DNA from: a virus
Taxonomy: Duplodnaviria; Caudoviricetes
Direction: 5' to 3' (one strand)
IMG/VR virus record: IMGVR_UViG_3300033407_000012
Span: 1-60,036 of that record
Length of the DNA: 60,036 nucleotides
Part shown: piece after piece, positions 35,992 through 45,945 of the stretch
Layout: the number at the start of each line of letters is the position of its first letter
Position numbering within the stretch: position 1 is the stretch's first letter
Program-made: the position numbers and the translations under genes
Notes under the pieces: generated by a model
What the model was told of the DNA's origin: nothing
What the model saw: only the letters and a program-made list of their open reading frames with translations
The model's database searches: none

Positions 35992-38004
35992 ATGGCACGA
36001 ACTGACTCCATAGGACTTTTTTGGCAGGATCTACCTAGTGTTCGCGCTGGTGGCGTTCGTGAGCTTGGCCCTATCCCGCCGTGGGATGATACAGGTTGGC
36101 GACCTATTCCGATGTCCAACTGGCCGGATATTCGCAACGCCAAATGGATCTCAATCGATACGGAAACTTATGATCCTGAACTGAACGACTACGGTCCGGG
36201 GTGGGCACGTGGTAAGGGCTACATCGTAGGTGTCTCCCTTTGCTGGGAGGGCGGTAAACTTTACCTGCCATGGAAGCACAGCGTAGAGACCGAATATAAT
36301 TACCCTGAAGATAATGTTAAACGATACCTGCGTCACATCTTGACCGGACCCGGTGTAAAAATCGGGGCAAATCTTACATACGATATCGGCTGGCTCTGGC
36401 ATGAGAATATTATGGTCACCGGGCCATTTTACGATTGTCAGTTTGCCGAAGCTCTCATAAATGAGACGTCCAAACTAGCTTTGGAAGAGCTTGGCCAGAA
36501 ATACCTTGGCGTTGGTAAAACAGTTGATCGTTTGAAGGAATGGATTGAGAACTATTATCGACCTAAAAAGGGTCGGTGGCGTGGGGATATTCATAGGTCA
36601 CCCGTTAGCTTGACTGGCTTTTATGCTGAGGACGACGCGGAACTTCCTTACCGTGTTCTCATGTGCCAGTGGCCGCAACTCGTTAATCGTGGGCTGCTCG
36701 ACCTGTTTTTCATGGAATGTGAGCTAATTCCCCTCTTTATTGAAATGCGTTTTGCTGGCGTTCAGATCGATATGCCTTACGTGGAAACTTTGCGAGATAA
36801 GTTTACGTTGGAAATTGATAGACTCCAGAAAGAAGTTAACTATATCGCAGGTCGTGAAGTGCAAACGGGGTCTGCACAGTCTATGGCCGCAACCTTCGAT
36901 GCGTTAGGTTTGCAGTATTTCTACACAGAACCAACAGAAAAGAACCCTAACGGCAACCCGTCGTTCACCGGAGACTTTCTAAAGACGGTCAACCACCCTG
37001 TGGCAAAAAAGATTATAGAACTAAAAGAGGCCATGAAACTTTTGGGTACGTTTGTAGAATCGTACCTCATTAATTCCAATGTTAACGGCAAAGTGTATTG
37101 CTCGTTCAATCAGGTTTCCGGTACTGAGGGGGGGACGCGAACAGGAAGGCTATCGTCCTCTAATCCTAATCTACAAAACATTCCTGTAAGGACTGAGGCT
37201 GGCAGGCTTATTAGGCAAGCCTTCATAATGGATCATGGTCATCTTCGCGTTAGGGATGGCGACTATTCACAAATTGAGTATAGGATGCTGGCTCATTTCG
37301 CTACTGGTCCGGGATCAGACGCTGTCCGAGCAAAGTATATTAGTGATCCGTCACTCGATTATCATAAAATGATTGGGGCTCTTATTACAGAAATCACCGG
37401 CCAACTTCTTGCTCGTGGTCATGTTAAGACAATTAACTTTGGACTTGTTTACGGCCTCGGCATTGCCATGTTGGCTGTTTACCTAGGTGTGCCACTTGAG
37501 GAAGCAAAATCGCTATCCAAAACGTTCCACACAGCCGTACCGTTCGCCAAACACACTATGGAAAGTGTTATCGAAGAAGTCAACAGAACCGGCATTGTAG
37601 AAACTATTCTTGGTCGGCAAAGTCATTTTGATTTATGGGAGCCCGAAGACTGGCACTCACGAAAAGGCTCGTTTCCGCTTCCTTACGCTGCTGCTAAGGC
37701 CAAGTATGGATCATCTCAAATTATTCGTGCATACACGTACCGGGCTGTTAACTATAGATTACAGGGCTCCGCAGCAGATGTCATGAAAAAAGCTATGTGG
37801 AAGAATTATGTAGACGGTGTCTATGCAGAAACTGGAGTACCCCGTTTGCAAGTTCATGATGAGAACTTTTTCTCAGATCCAGGAGATGTTCGTCAAGAAA
37901 CTTGGGACACTATGGTTTACAACATGGAAAACTCAGTACCTCAGGTAAGAGTGCCTCTTAAGTTTGATATGGGTATGGGTATGAACTGGGGTGAGGCTCA
38001 CTAA
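35992..38004 (+). CDS. polA: Family A DNA polymerase
   Basis: Exonuclease DTET and YA.DDA; TGRLSS.NPNLQNIP; DYSQIE.R; K..NFG..YG; VHDE. Confidence 0.96.
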   Translation: MARTDSIGLFWQDLPSVRAGGVRELGPIPPWDDTGWRPIPMSNWPDIRNAKWISIDTETYDPELNDYGPGWARGKGYIVGVSLCWEGGKLYLPWKHSVETEYNYPEDNVKRYLRHILTGPGVKIGANLTYDIGWLWHENIMVTGPFYDCQFAEALINETSKLALEELGQKYLGVGKTVDRLKEWIENYYRPKKGRWRGDIHRSPVSLTGFYAEDDAELPYRVLMCQWPQLVNRGLLDLFFMECELIPLFIEMRFAGVQIDMPYVETLRDKFTLEIDRLQKEVNYIAGREVQTGSAQSMAATFDALGLQYFYTEPTEKNPNGNPSFTGDFLKTVNHPVAKKIIELKEAMKLLGTFVESYLINSNVNGKVYCSFNQVSGTEGGTRTGRLSSSNPNLQNIPVRTEAGRLIRQAFIMDHGHLRVRDGDYSQIEYRMLAHFATGPGSDAVRAKYISDPSLDYHKMIGALITEITGQLLARGHVKTINFGLVYGLGIAMLAVYLGVPLEEAKSLSKTFHTAVPFAKHTMESVIEEVNRTGIVETILGRQSHFDLWEPEDWHSRKGSFPLPYAAAKAKYGSSQIIRAYTYRAVNYRLQGSAADVMKKAMWKNYVDGVYAETGVPRLQVHDENFFSDPGDVRQETWDTMVYNMENSVPQVRVPLKFDMGMGMNWGEAH

Positions 38005-38062
38005 TTGATTGACAGCCCGGTTAAAAATTGATAGGTTATGGCTAGTTACGAGGGGAATTTTT

Positions 38063-38254
38063 ATGGTCAGTACGTTCAAGATTAAATACCTTAATGCGCA
38101 GGGTCATGTAAATTTTGTGAACATAGACGCTGTGAATCCAGAAAAAGCCGCGAACATTTTGATTACGCGCATTCGCGATAACGGCGGCGGGGCCATAAAA
38201 ATCATGACTACCAAGAATGTTGGAAGCAGGCGGAAGGCTAAGGTCCATGGCTAA
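38063..38254 (+). CDS. Hypothetical protein
   Basis: Promoter TTGACA-N17-TAGGTT at 38009; GAGG RBS. Confidence 0.55.
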   Translation: MVSTFKIKYLNAQGHVNFVNIDAVNPEKAANILITRIRDNGGGAIKIMTTKNVGSRRKAKVHG

Positions 38255-39200
38255 AGTTGCTAAGCCGTGGGTTCGTAAGCAGCACCAATTTAGACCACTG
38301 CTTGGTGAACCGCTAGACCCGGACCACATTGATGAGTCCGTGGAGTACCTGACTTCCCCCAAAATTGATGGCATCCGCTGCCTTTGTCACGACACGTTAG
38401 GTACTGTATCTCGCAAGCTGCTTGAGATCCCTAACTGGCATGTGCGATCAATTCTTGACAGGTTTCCTCGTGGCCTTGATGGGGAATTGATTACATTCAC
38501 AGGCGATAAAATGGACGATTTCAACACTGTCCAAGGCAAAATTATGTCGGAAGACGGTGTTCCTGATTTCAAGCTGTGCGTATTTGACGACTTCACAAAT
38601 CCGGATGACCCATTTTCTCAAAGGTTGCTTCGCGCCCAAGAAAGATGTCAGTCCCTGACTGAGGGTTATTACGGAAAGTCAGTTCTGTTTCTCAAACACA
38701 AACCCCTGAAAGGGCTTGCTACGCTGATTGCTGAAGCTCAATACTTCCTCGAAGTTCACGGCTTAGAGGGTGTGATGGGTAGGCATCCGCAAAGTCCTTA
38801 CAAATATGGCAGGTCAACTGCTAAAGAATGTTTTCTGTTTAAAGTAAAACCAATGGACAGATCTGAAGGTAGGATTAGCGGCTTCTTCGAGCAAATGGCA
38901 AATGCCAATGAAGCTACAGAAAATGAACTCGGCATGACTAAGCGCTCGTCCCATAAGGCCGGTAAGATTCCAAAAGGCACACTCGGAGGTTTCTTCATTG
39001 AGTGGTCCGGGGGGCCAAACTTTAAGCTAGCCACGATGAAGGACATAACAGCCGCCAAGCGTCAGGAAATTTGGGACAACAGACCGGATTATATGCACAA
39101 AATTGTTTCGTTCGATCATCAGGGCGTCGGCACTAACGGAAAGCCGCGCATTGCCTCCTTCAAAGGTTTCCGTCATCCAAACGATATGAGCGAGGACTAA
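38247..39200 (+). CDS. ATP-dependent DNA ligase
   Basis: KIDG.R, DGE, VFD, EG.M, YK.GRS, K.K. Confidence 0.93.
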   Translation: MAKVAKPWVRKQHQFRPLLGEPLDPDHIDESVEYLTSPKIDGIRCLCHDTLGTVSRKLLEIPNWHVRSILDRFPRGLDGELITFTGDKMDDFNTVQGKIMSEDGVPDFKLCVFDDFTNPDDPFSQRLLRAQERCQSLTEGYYGKSVLFLKHKPLKGLATLIAEAQYFLEVHGLEGVMGRHPQSPYKYGRSTAKECFLFKVKPMDRSEGRISGFFEQMANANEATENELGMTKRSSHKAGKIPKGTLGGFFIEWSGGPNFKLATMKDITAAKRQEIWDNRPDYMHKIVSFDHQGVGTNGKPRIASFKGFRHPNDMSED

Positions 39201-39204
39201 ACCC

Positions 39205-39384
39205 ATGACGTTATCGCAGGTTATTCCGGCCACCCTAATGATTATATTTGGTTGTGGCCTTTCCTGGACAGGATTAGTCCAGACTAAGGTTGGTATATTT
39301 ATCGCGGGTATAGGTTTTGTTATGTTGGGGATAATCTTAGCTTTGGTAGAGTTTATTGAAAACACCCCGACAGGACTTTCTTAA
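39205..39384 (+). CDS. Small 2-TM protein, 59 aa (not in ORF track)
   Basis: MTLSQVIPATLMIIFG...; GAGGA RBS. Confidence 0.6.
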   Translation: MTLSQVIPATLMIIFGCGLSWTGLVQTKVGIFIAGIGFVMLGIILALVEFIENTPTGLS

Positions 39385-39551
39385 TGACGCCCGCTACTTT
39401 GTTCGCTTTTAGAGCCCTATCATTGGTATTCCTGTTAGCGGGTATTGTTCTCGTAAGTATCGGTTCTGCTAAACACAGGGATGGTCCTTTCGTGGTTGGT
39501 TGTGTTCTGACCAGCATAGGTGCTGCAAGTTTGATACTGTTAGGAAACTAG
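39384..39551 (+). CDS. Small 2-TM protein, 55 aa (not in ORF track)
   Basis: TAATG-coupled; MTPATLFAFRALSLVFLLAG... Confidence 0.6.
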   Translation: MTPATLFAFRALSLVFLLAGIVLVSIGSAKHRDGPFVVGCVLTSIGAASLILLGN

Positions 39552-39553
39552 TA

Positions 39554-39988
39554 ATGCTAGTATCCGCTATAGCCGCTATAGGTCAGCGGGGTCAAATAGG
39601 TCGAAACGGAGTGTTGCCTTGGCATTGTCGCGATGATATGATTGATTTTCGAAACCGTACTGAGGGATGCGCCATGTTGGCGGGCAGTGCAACAATGAGG
39701 AGTTTACCACAAAGCTTCTTCGATAGCTTACCAAAAACAAATAGGACACTTTACGAATGGCGTCCTGCTTTCGGAAATTCAGACGATGCGATCAAGCACT
39801 TACGGGCCATGTCTATTCGTCATGTTTGGATAATTGGAGGTGCTTACACATATCTTCATTTCTACAAGCACATTAACCACCTTACCTGCATCAATCGCGT
39901 GAGCTATGACAATGACCCTGCCGAAGATAATCTCCATACGTTCTTTCCTTGCGCAACGTTCGGCATCGAATGCATCGCCAGCAGCTAG
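39554..39988 (+). CDS. folA: Dihydrofolate reductase-like protein
   Basis: IAA......IG.NG.LPW...D...F...T; WIIGG. Confidence 0.8.
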   Translation: MLVSAIAAIGQRGQIGRNGVLPWHCRDDMIDFRNRTEGCAMLAGSATMRSLPQSFFDSLPKTNRTLYEWRPAFGNSDDAIKHLRAMSIRHVWIIGGAYTYLHFYKHINHLTCINRVSYDNDPAEDNLHTFFPCATFGIECIASS

Positions 39989-40123
39989 GATCAAGAAACC
40001 GAAAGCAACAATTTTTATCCGTTGCGATGAGTCTTATTGCGCTATGAGCGTGGCTAATTCAGATCGAATAGTGGCGTGGGTTCCCCGGAATCTACCAAAA
40101 AGGTCTAGCAATTCGGGGGTGAA

Positions 40124-40846
40124 ATGATCTGTTCTGTTTTGGTATCTGGTTTTGTTTGTGTGGTAGTTCCGAATAATGATATTCGTGATAGGATAATCCA
40201 CTACCGCATAGAGGCTGCACACGCGCACACGGGCTATGGTTACGTAAAGCCACTGGAATCACTAGAGCTCGAAGTTCCGGTTCCGGCTAAAAAGCCTAAA
40301 CTAAAGCGTAAAACCCAAAAAACAACTACGGCACCAAAGAAGTTAGGTCGCCAACGTGTTAAGCTAGCCGTTGCCACAGGGGGTGATAAGCTTGTGCGTC
40401 CCAGCATTTTGAGCCGGTTGTTTGGCGTTCGGTCGGCTAAGGCCAGTGTGCCTAAAGTGGCCGGTGTTGATCTGAAGAAGCCGGGCTACGCGGCTGTATA
40501 TGCGGCAGCAAAAAAACACGGCGTAGACCCTAATCTCGCACTAAGAGTGGCTAAACAGGAGTCTAGGGGTAACTGCAAAGCTTTGAGCCATGCAGGCGCT
40601 AGGGGTGTTATGCAGGTAATTCCTTCTACGGCTAGGCCGCACGGCGTGTCAGCGTCCGAACTGTATAACTGTAAGCGCGGTGCGGAGGCAGGTGTACGGG
40701 AACTTAAAAAGCTACATAGCATGTACGGCGGAGACATCAAGAAAGTTCTTGTTGGCTATAATTGCGGAATAGGTTGTGTGCAGAAAGGTCGCATGCCCGC
40801 GGAGACAAAATCATACGTTAATATTGTTGGCGGTGGAAAACTCTGA
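40124..40846 (+). CDS. SLT-domain lytic transglycosylase
   Basis: QES, GA.G.MQV.P.T, YN.G, ETK.YV. Confidence 0.88.
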   Translation: MICSVLVSGFVCVVVPNNDIRDRIIHYRIEAAHAHTGYGYVKPLESLELEVPVPAKKPKLKRKTQKTTTAPKKLGRQRVKLAVATGGDKLVRPSILSRLFGVRSAKASVPKVAGVDLKKPGYAAVYAAAKKHGVDPNLALRVAKQESRGNCKALSHAGARGVMQVIPSTARPHGVSASELYNCKRGAEAGVRELKKLHSMYGGDIKKVLVGYNCGIGCVQKGRMPAETKSYVNIVGGGKL

Positions 40847-41283
40847 TGGCACAAATAATGCATATAGAGGGTGCCACTCGCGTTATCGGCAAGTCACAGG
40901 GTTATTTCGGACTACCTGTTCGTGACGGGTTCATTAGGGTCCTTGACGAACGTACTGAGTGCATGACGACCTCATGGGAGCTCACACCCGACGAATTAGA
41001 AGCCTTGCTTGCTGGTGGTATCCTCGTTGTGCAGCTAATCGGCAATTTTCCCCACGTAGTTGTAGCCGTTCTTAACGCCAATCAAGTAATAACACGGACA
41101 GATATTTGTGTTGAGGGTAGAACTATAGATAAGACTACAGATCGAGAAGTGCCTTGCAGGTTGTGGGGATTTAGCATGTCAGAAAAAGAGTGTGTTGATC
41201 ATGCCAACGGCTCGCCGCTTCACATAAACATCTTGGGAACTGAGCACCCACCGATCCTGGTGTTTGTTCAAGGTCCTGATTGA
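40846..41283 (+). CDS. Hypothetical phage protein with internal duplication
   Basis: Y..LP.RD; W..TP.E...L..G; HPP. Confidence 0.65.
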   Translation: MAQIMHIEGATRVIGKSQGYFGLPVRDGFIRVLDERTECMTTSWELTPDELEALLAGGILVVQLIGNFPHVVVAVLNANQVITRTDICVEGRTIDKTTDREVPCRLWGFSMSEKECVDHANGSPLHINILGTEHPPILVFVQGPD

Positions 41284-41597
41284 GCCTGAATCCTGTCCCT
41301 CGTCGTTATAGCCTTTATTAGGTCATCCTTAGACTGCTTGCACAAGCGGTAGACATTTCTGTCTTTTTGCCACTGCACGTAAACAGCAGCATTGGTTGCC
41401 CTTGTTGGCACTACAGACAAGTCTGCGCACGGCTCCAAGAAAATAGGATTAATGTTTGCTAGTGTTGGCTTTTCCGCGCCTAAAACATTTCTAGCGGATT
41501 CGTTGCAGGATGCTAGGAGGGACGTTAGTACCAACACAAGCAGAAGGGGTTGGCGCTTTATTGGCGGACTTGCACGGCGGGCAGGTCGCTTTGCCAT
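41268..41597 (-). CDS. o-spanin-like lipoprotein
   Basis: LLLVLVLTSLLAS-C lipobox; overlaps the 3' end of the i-spanin. Confidence 0.7.
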   Translation of the reverse strand: MAKRPARRASPPIKRQPLLLVLVLTSLLASCNESARNVLGAEKPTLANINPIFLEPCADLSVVPTRATNAAVYVQWQKDRNVYRLCKQSKDDLIKAITTRDRIQAQSGP

Positions 41598-42063
41598 CAA
41601 TGATGATTGGTATTTGGAACGTAGGCAGCGCTGGGAGTTCTTTCGAATTTTCATTTTCGTTGCCCTGTTGTGTAAGTTCAGCTATGGCGGCAGCTAAATC
41701 ATCTTGCTCACGTTGAAAATCTTCACTCATCTTGATCACTCTACGCTCTGCGGCTAGTGCTTGACGTGATAGCGCATTCTCCGCCTCAAGTTTGTCACGT
41801 TCCCTAGCTGCACGTTCGACAGCAATTACGGCCTCCCACTTAGCCTTCTCGGCTAGCTCACCCCTACCAAAGCCCACGCCATAACCGCCGTAGGTGCAGG
41901 AACTGGCTATTATAATCGAAGCGATCAACCACGGCAAGGGTGGCAAGCGAGGTATCAAACCGAGGGCGGACACAAAGGCCAGAATAGCCGGGGCAAATGA
42001 GGCATAACCCCAAAGGATCCCGGCTATGGACCAAAACGTGCTTAGCAAGTTTGCATCAAGCAC
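41491..42063 (-). CDS. i-spanin-like membrane protein
   Basis: N-terminal TM segments plus coiled coil, after the endolysin. Confidence 0.7.
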   Translation of the reverse strand: MLDANLLSTFWSIAGILWGYASFAPAILAFVSALGLIPRLPPLPWLIASIIIASSCTYGGYGVGFGRGELAEKAKWEAVIAVERAARERDKLEAENALSRQALAAERRVIKMSEDFQREQDDLAAAIAELTQQGNENENSKELPALPTFQIPIIIDGKATCPPCKSANKAPTPSACVGTNVPPSILQRIR

Positions 42064-42913
42064 CGAATACTGCCTTTGCTACGGCTAGTGTTTGTCGAGA
42101 GTGATCAAGGCCGTTAAGCCCGCCGTTTACGCGCTTGCGCATACCCAAGATGTCATTCCTGTCGGCATAAGCCGAAAGTCTGTTGTCTTTCCAGAACTTG
42201 ATGGCCGAAAGAACAGCTGGGAGTGGCTTACGAAGATTTTCAGGATTGGCCTCGGCACCAGCCCTGCGATAGTTGGCCCTGCCTGTCGTCTGGAAAAGTC
42301 CTGATCCACGATGACGCCACCCGTCACCGGGCTGATTATTTCCCAGATTCCTGTTACCCCAATCGCCGCCGTAAACGATATTAGCTATCATCTCCTGATT
42401 TGCACGTCGTCCAGGAGCCCTGCCATACGCGGCGCACTGAGCATCTGTGATCCGGTGCCTACCGAATGTGGCGCGAAGACCGGCAACGCTATAGTTCAGA
42501 CTTTCTTCAAGAACCTGCAAGTCTTTAGTCTCGGGGCACGCTTGCGAAAAGAAGAACGCCATATTGTTTGGCGTCATGATCCCTGCCTCAATAAAAGCGG
42601 CTGTAGCCACGCCCGAAAGCATAGCATCAACAATAGTTTTTCTCGCTTTCGGAGCAATCTTACGAATAAGCTCTTCTGTGAGGAACGACCCTGTGGCAAC
42701 CTTGGGAGGAGATTTTGCCACAGGGGTGGGTCTGGCTGCTGTTTGGAGCGCCGCCCATGTTTTAGGGCCAACGATACCGTCAGACATGAGGTGGTTGTTT
42801 CGCTGGAACAACTTGATCTTGTTTCGAGTAAAGTTGCCGAGGATGCCGTCAACTGCTAGCGGGCCGTAACCTGCTGCATTCAAAGAAGACTGAATTTCAA
42901 AAACGCTGGGCAT
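42056..42913 (-). CDS. Endolysin: PG-binding domain plus GH19
   Basis: DG..G..T...I..FQ......DGIVG..TW; ET......E.LNY; DGW..RG.G..Q.TG..NY. Confidence 0.9.
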   Translation of the reverse strand: MPSVFEIQSSLNAAGYGPLAVDGILGNFTRNKIKLFQRNNHLMSDGIVGPKTWAALQTAARPTPVAKSPPKVATGSFLTEELIRKIAPKARKTIVDAMLSGVATAAFIEAGIMTPNNMAFFFSQACPETKDLQVLEESLNYSVAGLRATFGRHRITDAQCAAYGRAPGRRANQEMIANIVYGGDWGNRNLGNNQPGDGWRHRGSGLFQTTGRANYRRAGAEANPENLRKPLPAVLSAIKFWKDNRLSAYADRNDILGMRKRVNGGLNGLDHSRQTLAVAKAVFGA

Positions 42914-44253
42914 TAGTTCTCTCCTGATTGAGCTACGCCATACCAAGTAACTCTCGATGCAGTATTCGTTAACTGAGTATCCCCGCTAGCTACAGGGGCC
43001 ACAGTTTGGAACTCCACAGAAAGTGTACGACCGCCGGGAGGAATCTCCAGGATAGCGTTGTGTTTCATGTCGTAAGTTTTTGCATCGCCCTCGTTTGTGA
43101 GGCTGAACCACGCTATACCAAATCCGCCACCAGCAGATCCACCAGAATCATCGTAAAGGATTATGCTAGCTGTGACCAGATCCGCATTCTCGGTAGACCT
43201 GATAAATGCACTAAGTTCAAGCTGTACTGTAATTGGTGCCGTATGCGAATTAGCTATCGGAATATTGACAGCTCCGTGAAGCGTAGTTCCAGCCGGGATA
43301 CCAAGCTCATTGCCGTGAAACTGGCTTTTGGTGCCATGAAGAACGTGAACTCCGCCTATTGCTGCCGTAGAGACGTACATTTTGCCGTCGAGTCCAGTCT
43401 CTAAGGCGTTATCCGGGTCCTCGGAGGTTAGGCAGTCTATTAGTGCGTCTGTCGCACTCGCAGTAACACAGATAGCATCTACAACCCCTACTGGATTTAT
43501 AGAGTACGGGCTATTTTCAGATATGGTTACTCCGTCGCCTTCACCACCAGTAATAGCAGTCAAGTCTACCCACAGCCTACCGTCCGTTCCGGCTTCAATA
43601 GCGTTGTTTGCGTCATCAGAAATGAGGCAGGACGCTAGTGCCGTACACGCAGGGTCATCCGCGCAAATGGAGTTTACAAGGCCAACAGGAAGTACCGAGA
43701 ACGGGCTAGTTTCGGATATGGTAACCCCGTCACCTTCGCCGATACCCGCAGTCAAGTCCACCCAAAAACCACCATCCCCGCCCTGAATTAGACCGTTATC
43801 CGCGTCTGTAGAAATAAGGCAGTCCACTAATAGCTCTTTAGCCGCTGCATCGCCACAAATTTCGGATACTACTCCGCTGGCAAAAATTGTTAGCGGATCC
43901 CCCACTGTACCAGACCCTATGATGGTCACATTGTCCACAACAACAGGATCAAGGTTGATTGATCCTTTCCATGCAGCAAAATTATCTGCAAGATTACAAA
44001 GGCTGTCGCAGTCCCAAGAGCCAGTTGGGTTGAGTGCCACGGCGAAACACAGTAGCTCCGATACTATAGCATTGATTTGTTCGGGTGATATCCTAGCAGT
44101 GCAATCGCTTGGCAGTGCTGATATGTCGCAAGTGGATTCGAACTCCTCCGGCGGGCAGTATGCGTTCTCTACCCCTGCGGGCTCTAAACAGTTTCCTAAA
44201 CTGTCCCTGATGACAATAGCACCGTCTGCTACTTCTGGGATTATTCCTGGCAT
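42913..44253 (-). CDS. Tail fibre/spike with Cys-paired repeats
   Basis: Three DGVTI...IC....A..AL..CL.S.D..N....G.DG repeats. Confidence 0.7.
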   Translation of the reverse strand: MPGIIPEVADGAIVIRDSLGNCLEPAGVENAYCPPEEFESTCDISALPSDCTARISPEQINAIVSELLCFAVALNPTGSWDCDSLCNLADNFAAWKGSINLDPVVVDNVTIIGSGTVGDPLTIFASGVVSEICGDAAAKELLVDCLISTDADNGLIQGGDGGFWVDLTAGIGEGDGVTISETSPFSVLPVGLVNSICADDPACTALASCLISDDANNAIEAGTDGRLWVDLTAITGGEGDGVTISENSPYSINPVGVVDAICVTASATDALIDCLTSEDPDNALETGLDGKMYVSTAAIGGVHVLHGTKSQFHGNELGIPAGTTLHGAVNIPIANSHTAPITVQLELSAFIRSTENADLVTASIILYDDSGGSAGGGFGIAWFSLTNEGDAKTYDMKHNAILEIPPGGRTLSVEFQTVAPVASGDTQLTNTASRVTWYGVAQSGEN

Positions 44254-44283
44254 GTTGATATCCTTTAGGCGATTTGCGGAAAC

Positions 44284-45051
44284 TTATGAGATCCTGACCC
44301 AAAGACCAACTGAGTCTGCCCCAATAGCCCCGCAATGACGCCAATTTCCAACATTTATGTTTGTTACGGACATGTCGGAACCAAGGAATTGCATAGGGCC
44401 TGTTCCCCCAGCAGCGTTGACAACGGTTCCTACTGAAGTAGATGAGTCCCCAGCAGGAATGCCAATTCCGTAGCTGCCTACTTCACCGAATGCTGGGACG
44501 CTTGTGCTGCTGGCTGCAACGTACAGAAGATTATCGCCGCCGATGACAATCTGGTTTCCGGCTGACCCTGAACGAAGACAAGCAGCTAGGGCCGTTTTCG
44601 CGCTAGTATTCCCACAAATTTGACTGACGACGCCTTGTGGTATAGTGGCGAACGGGGAGTCTTCGGTTATTGTAACGCCGTCACCAGATTGAGCACAAGA
44701 CGCGCAAATAAGGTTTATGAGGGCTGAGACAGGCATTAAACCTTCTTCACCATCCCAGCACCCTGCAATACCGTCATCGGTATCCGGCAGCACAAGTGCG
44801 GCTGGAATAGAGCAGATATTTATTGCTTGAGCCAAATTATCTAGGCTCTCGCAGTCATAGTCAATTTCTCGCAAATTGACAGCGTTAATAATCTCAGAAA
44901 TAACAGCGTTTGCCTGCGACGGGTCGAATCTGGCGTTGCATCGATTTGCATACCACAAGGCTTCGCAATCTTCTGTAATTTCTGGCGACGACAGGGCGTT
45001 TACTGTGTTAGAAGAAAACGTGAATCCGTCTTTGGGGAAAAGTCCGGCCAT
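44284..45051 (-). CDS. Short tail fibre
   Basis: N-terminal NAVISEI.N...YD.....NLAQAI baseplate anchor; one repeat copy. Confidence 0.7.
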   Translation of the reverse strand: MAGLFPKDGFTFSSNTVNALSSPEITEDCEALWYANRCNARFDPSQANAVISEIINAVNLREIDYDCESLDNLAQAINICSIPAALVLPDTDDGIAGCWDGEEGLMPVSALINLICASCAQSGDGVTITEDSPFATIPQGVVSQICGNTSAKTALAACLRSGSAGNQIVIGGDNLLYVAASSTSVPAFGEVGSYGIGIPAGDSSTSVGTVVNAAGGTGPMQFLGSDMSVTNINVGNWRHCGAIGADSVGLWVRIS

Positions 45052-45054
45052 AAT

Positions 45055-45945
45055 TTAACCTTCCGTTGGTTCGCCGCTACAGCGATGTATATTGTTAGGG
45101 CACTGACTTCCAAGAATGGCGCGAACAATGCATTCTGCGGCTAGGACCGCTGGCCAAATCACAGGCGGTAGCCCTTCTGGATCAGAATCAGTCGTGAGAT
45201 AATACGCGATAACAGGCGGCTTTATCGCTTCGTGACACAAGGTAGGCAAGCAGGCCTCAATAGTATCCGATATATTGCAAATAGTCATGTCATTGTTGCA
45301 GCAATCCTCTGGGTCTACCACATCCGGATCAGTTGGCGAGATATAAGCTCCTAACGGCTCTATGACCCAATTAATTGAGTCTATATTCGGAATGATACCC
45401 ATTTGGAGTCGAGAAAGAGACCTGATTACGCCACGCTTAATTGCACATTCAAGGTCTGTGCCGAAATCAAGATCATGAAATATTGGGCCACATTCTCCCA
45501 TAGTTTCGTAAGGCGCTAGCGGAACTGCAACTAGGGTTCGGCAAGCTGACCTATAGCAGTCCTGCCAACCTAAACGATCAAGCCACAGATCAAGAGTAGT
45601 AACAGCAGTATGAGGGGATGCTTCTCGGATCCGTGGCCAAAGGATTTCCATAAGGTGGTGCCACAGCTTATTAGCCGTATAAATAGCATGGTTCACCAAA
45701 GATAGGCAGGTCAGGTCGGTACTGCACTGAGCATCGCAAGGATCTACGTGTCTTTGCTGATTTAGGTAATACCCCATCGCCTCGTCTTTTGCACGATCCC
45801 ACAATGGTCCGCTAGGCAGTAAACCGATGAAGGAACACATAAGGGCGCATTTATTTAGATTACACAGATCAGCAGCGCAGCTAACAGGGTCAGCTGATAG
45901 CTCTTCAAAATCAACTAAACCGTCTGCGCCGAGTCTTACAGGCAT
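45055..45945 (-). CDS. Baseplate wedge (Mu gp48-like)
   Basis: LLP.G..W, EA.P.TA...L..W; follows the J-like gene. Confidence 0.75.
   Translation of the reverse strand: MPVRLGADGLVDFEELSADPVSCAADLCNLNKCALMCSFIGLLPSGPLWDRAKDEAMGYYLNQQRHVDPCDAQCSTDLTCLSLVNHAIYTANKLWHHLMEILWPRIREASPHTAVTTLDLWLDRLGWQDCYRSACRTLVAVPLAPYETMGECGPIFHDLDFGTDLECAIKRGVIRSLSRLQMGIIPNIDSINWVIEPLGAYISPTDPDVVDPEDCCNNDMTICNISDTIEACLPTLCHEAIKPPVIAYYLTTDSDPEGLPPVIWPAVLAAECIVRAILGSQCPNNIHRCSGEPTEG

Noticed and set aside
42913-45051. Diversity-generating retroelement or invertible fibre cassette
   Set aside because: No reverse transcriptase or invertase; the repeats are diverged protein modules
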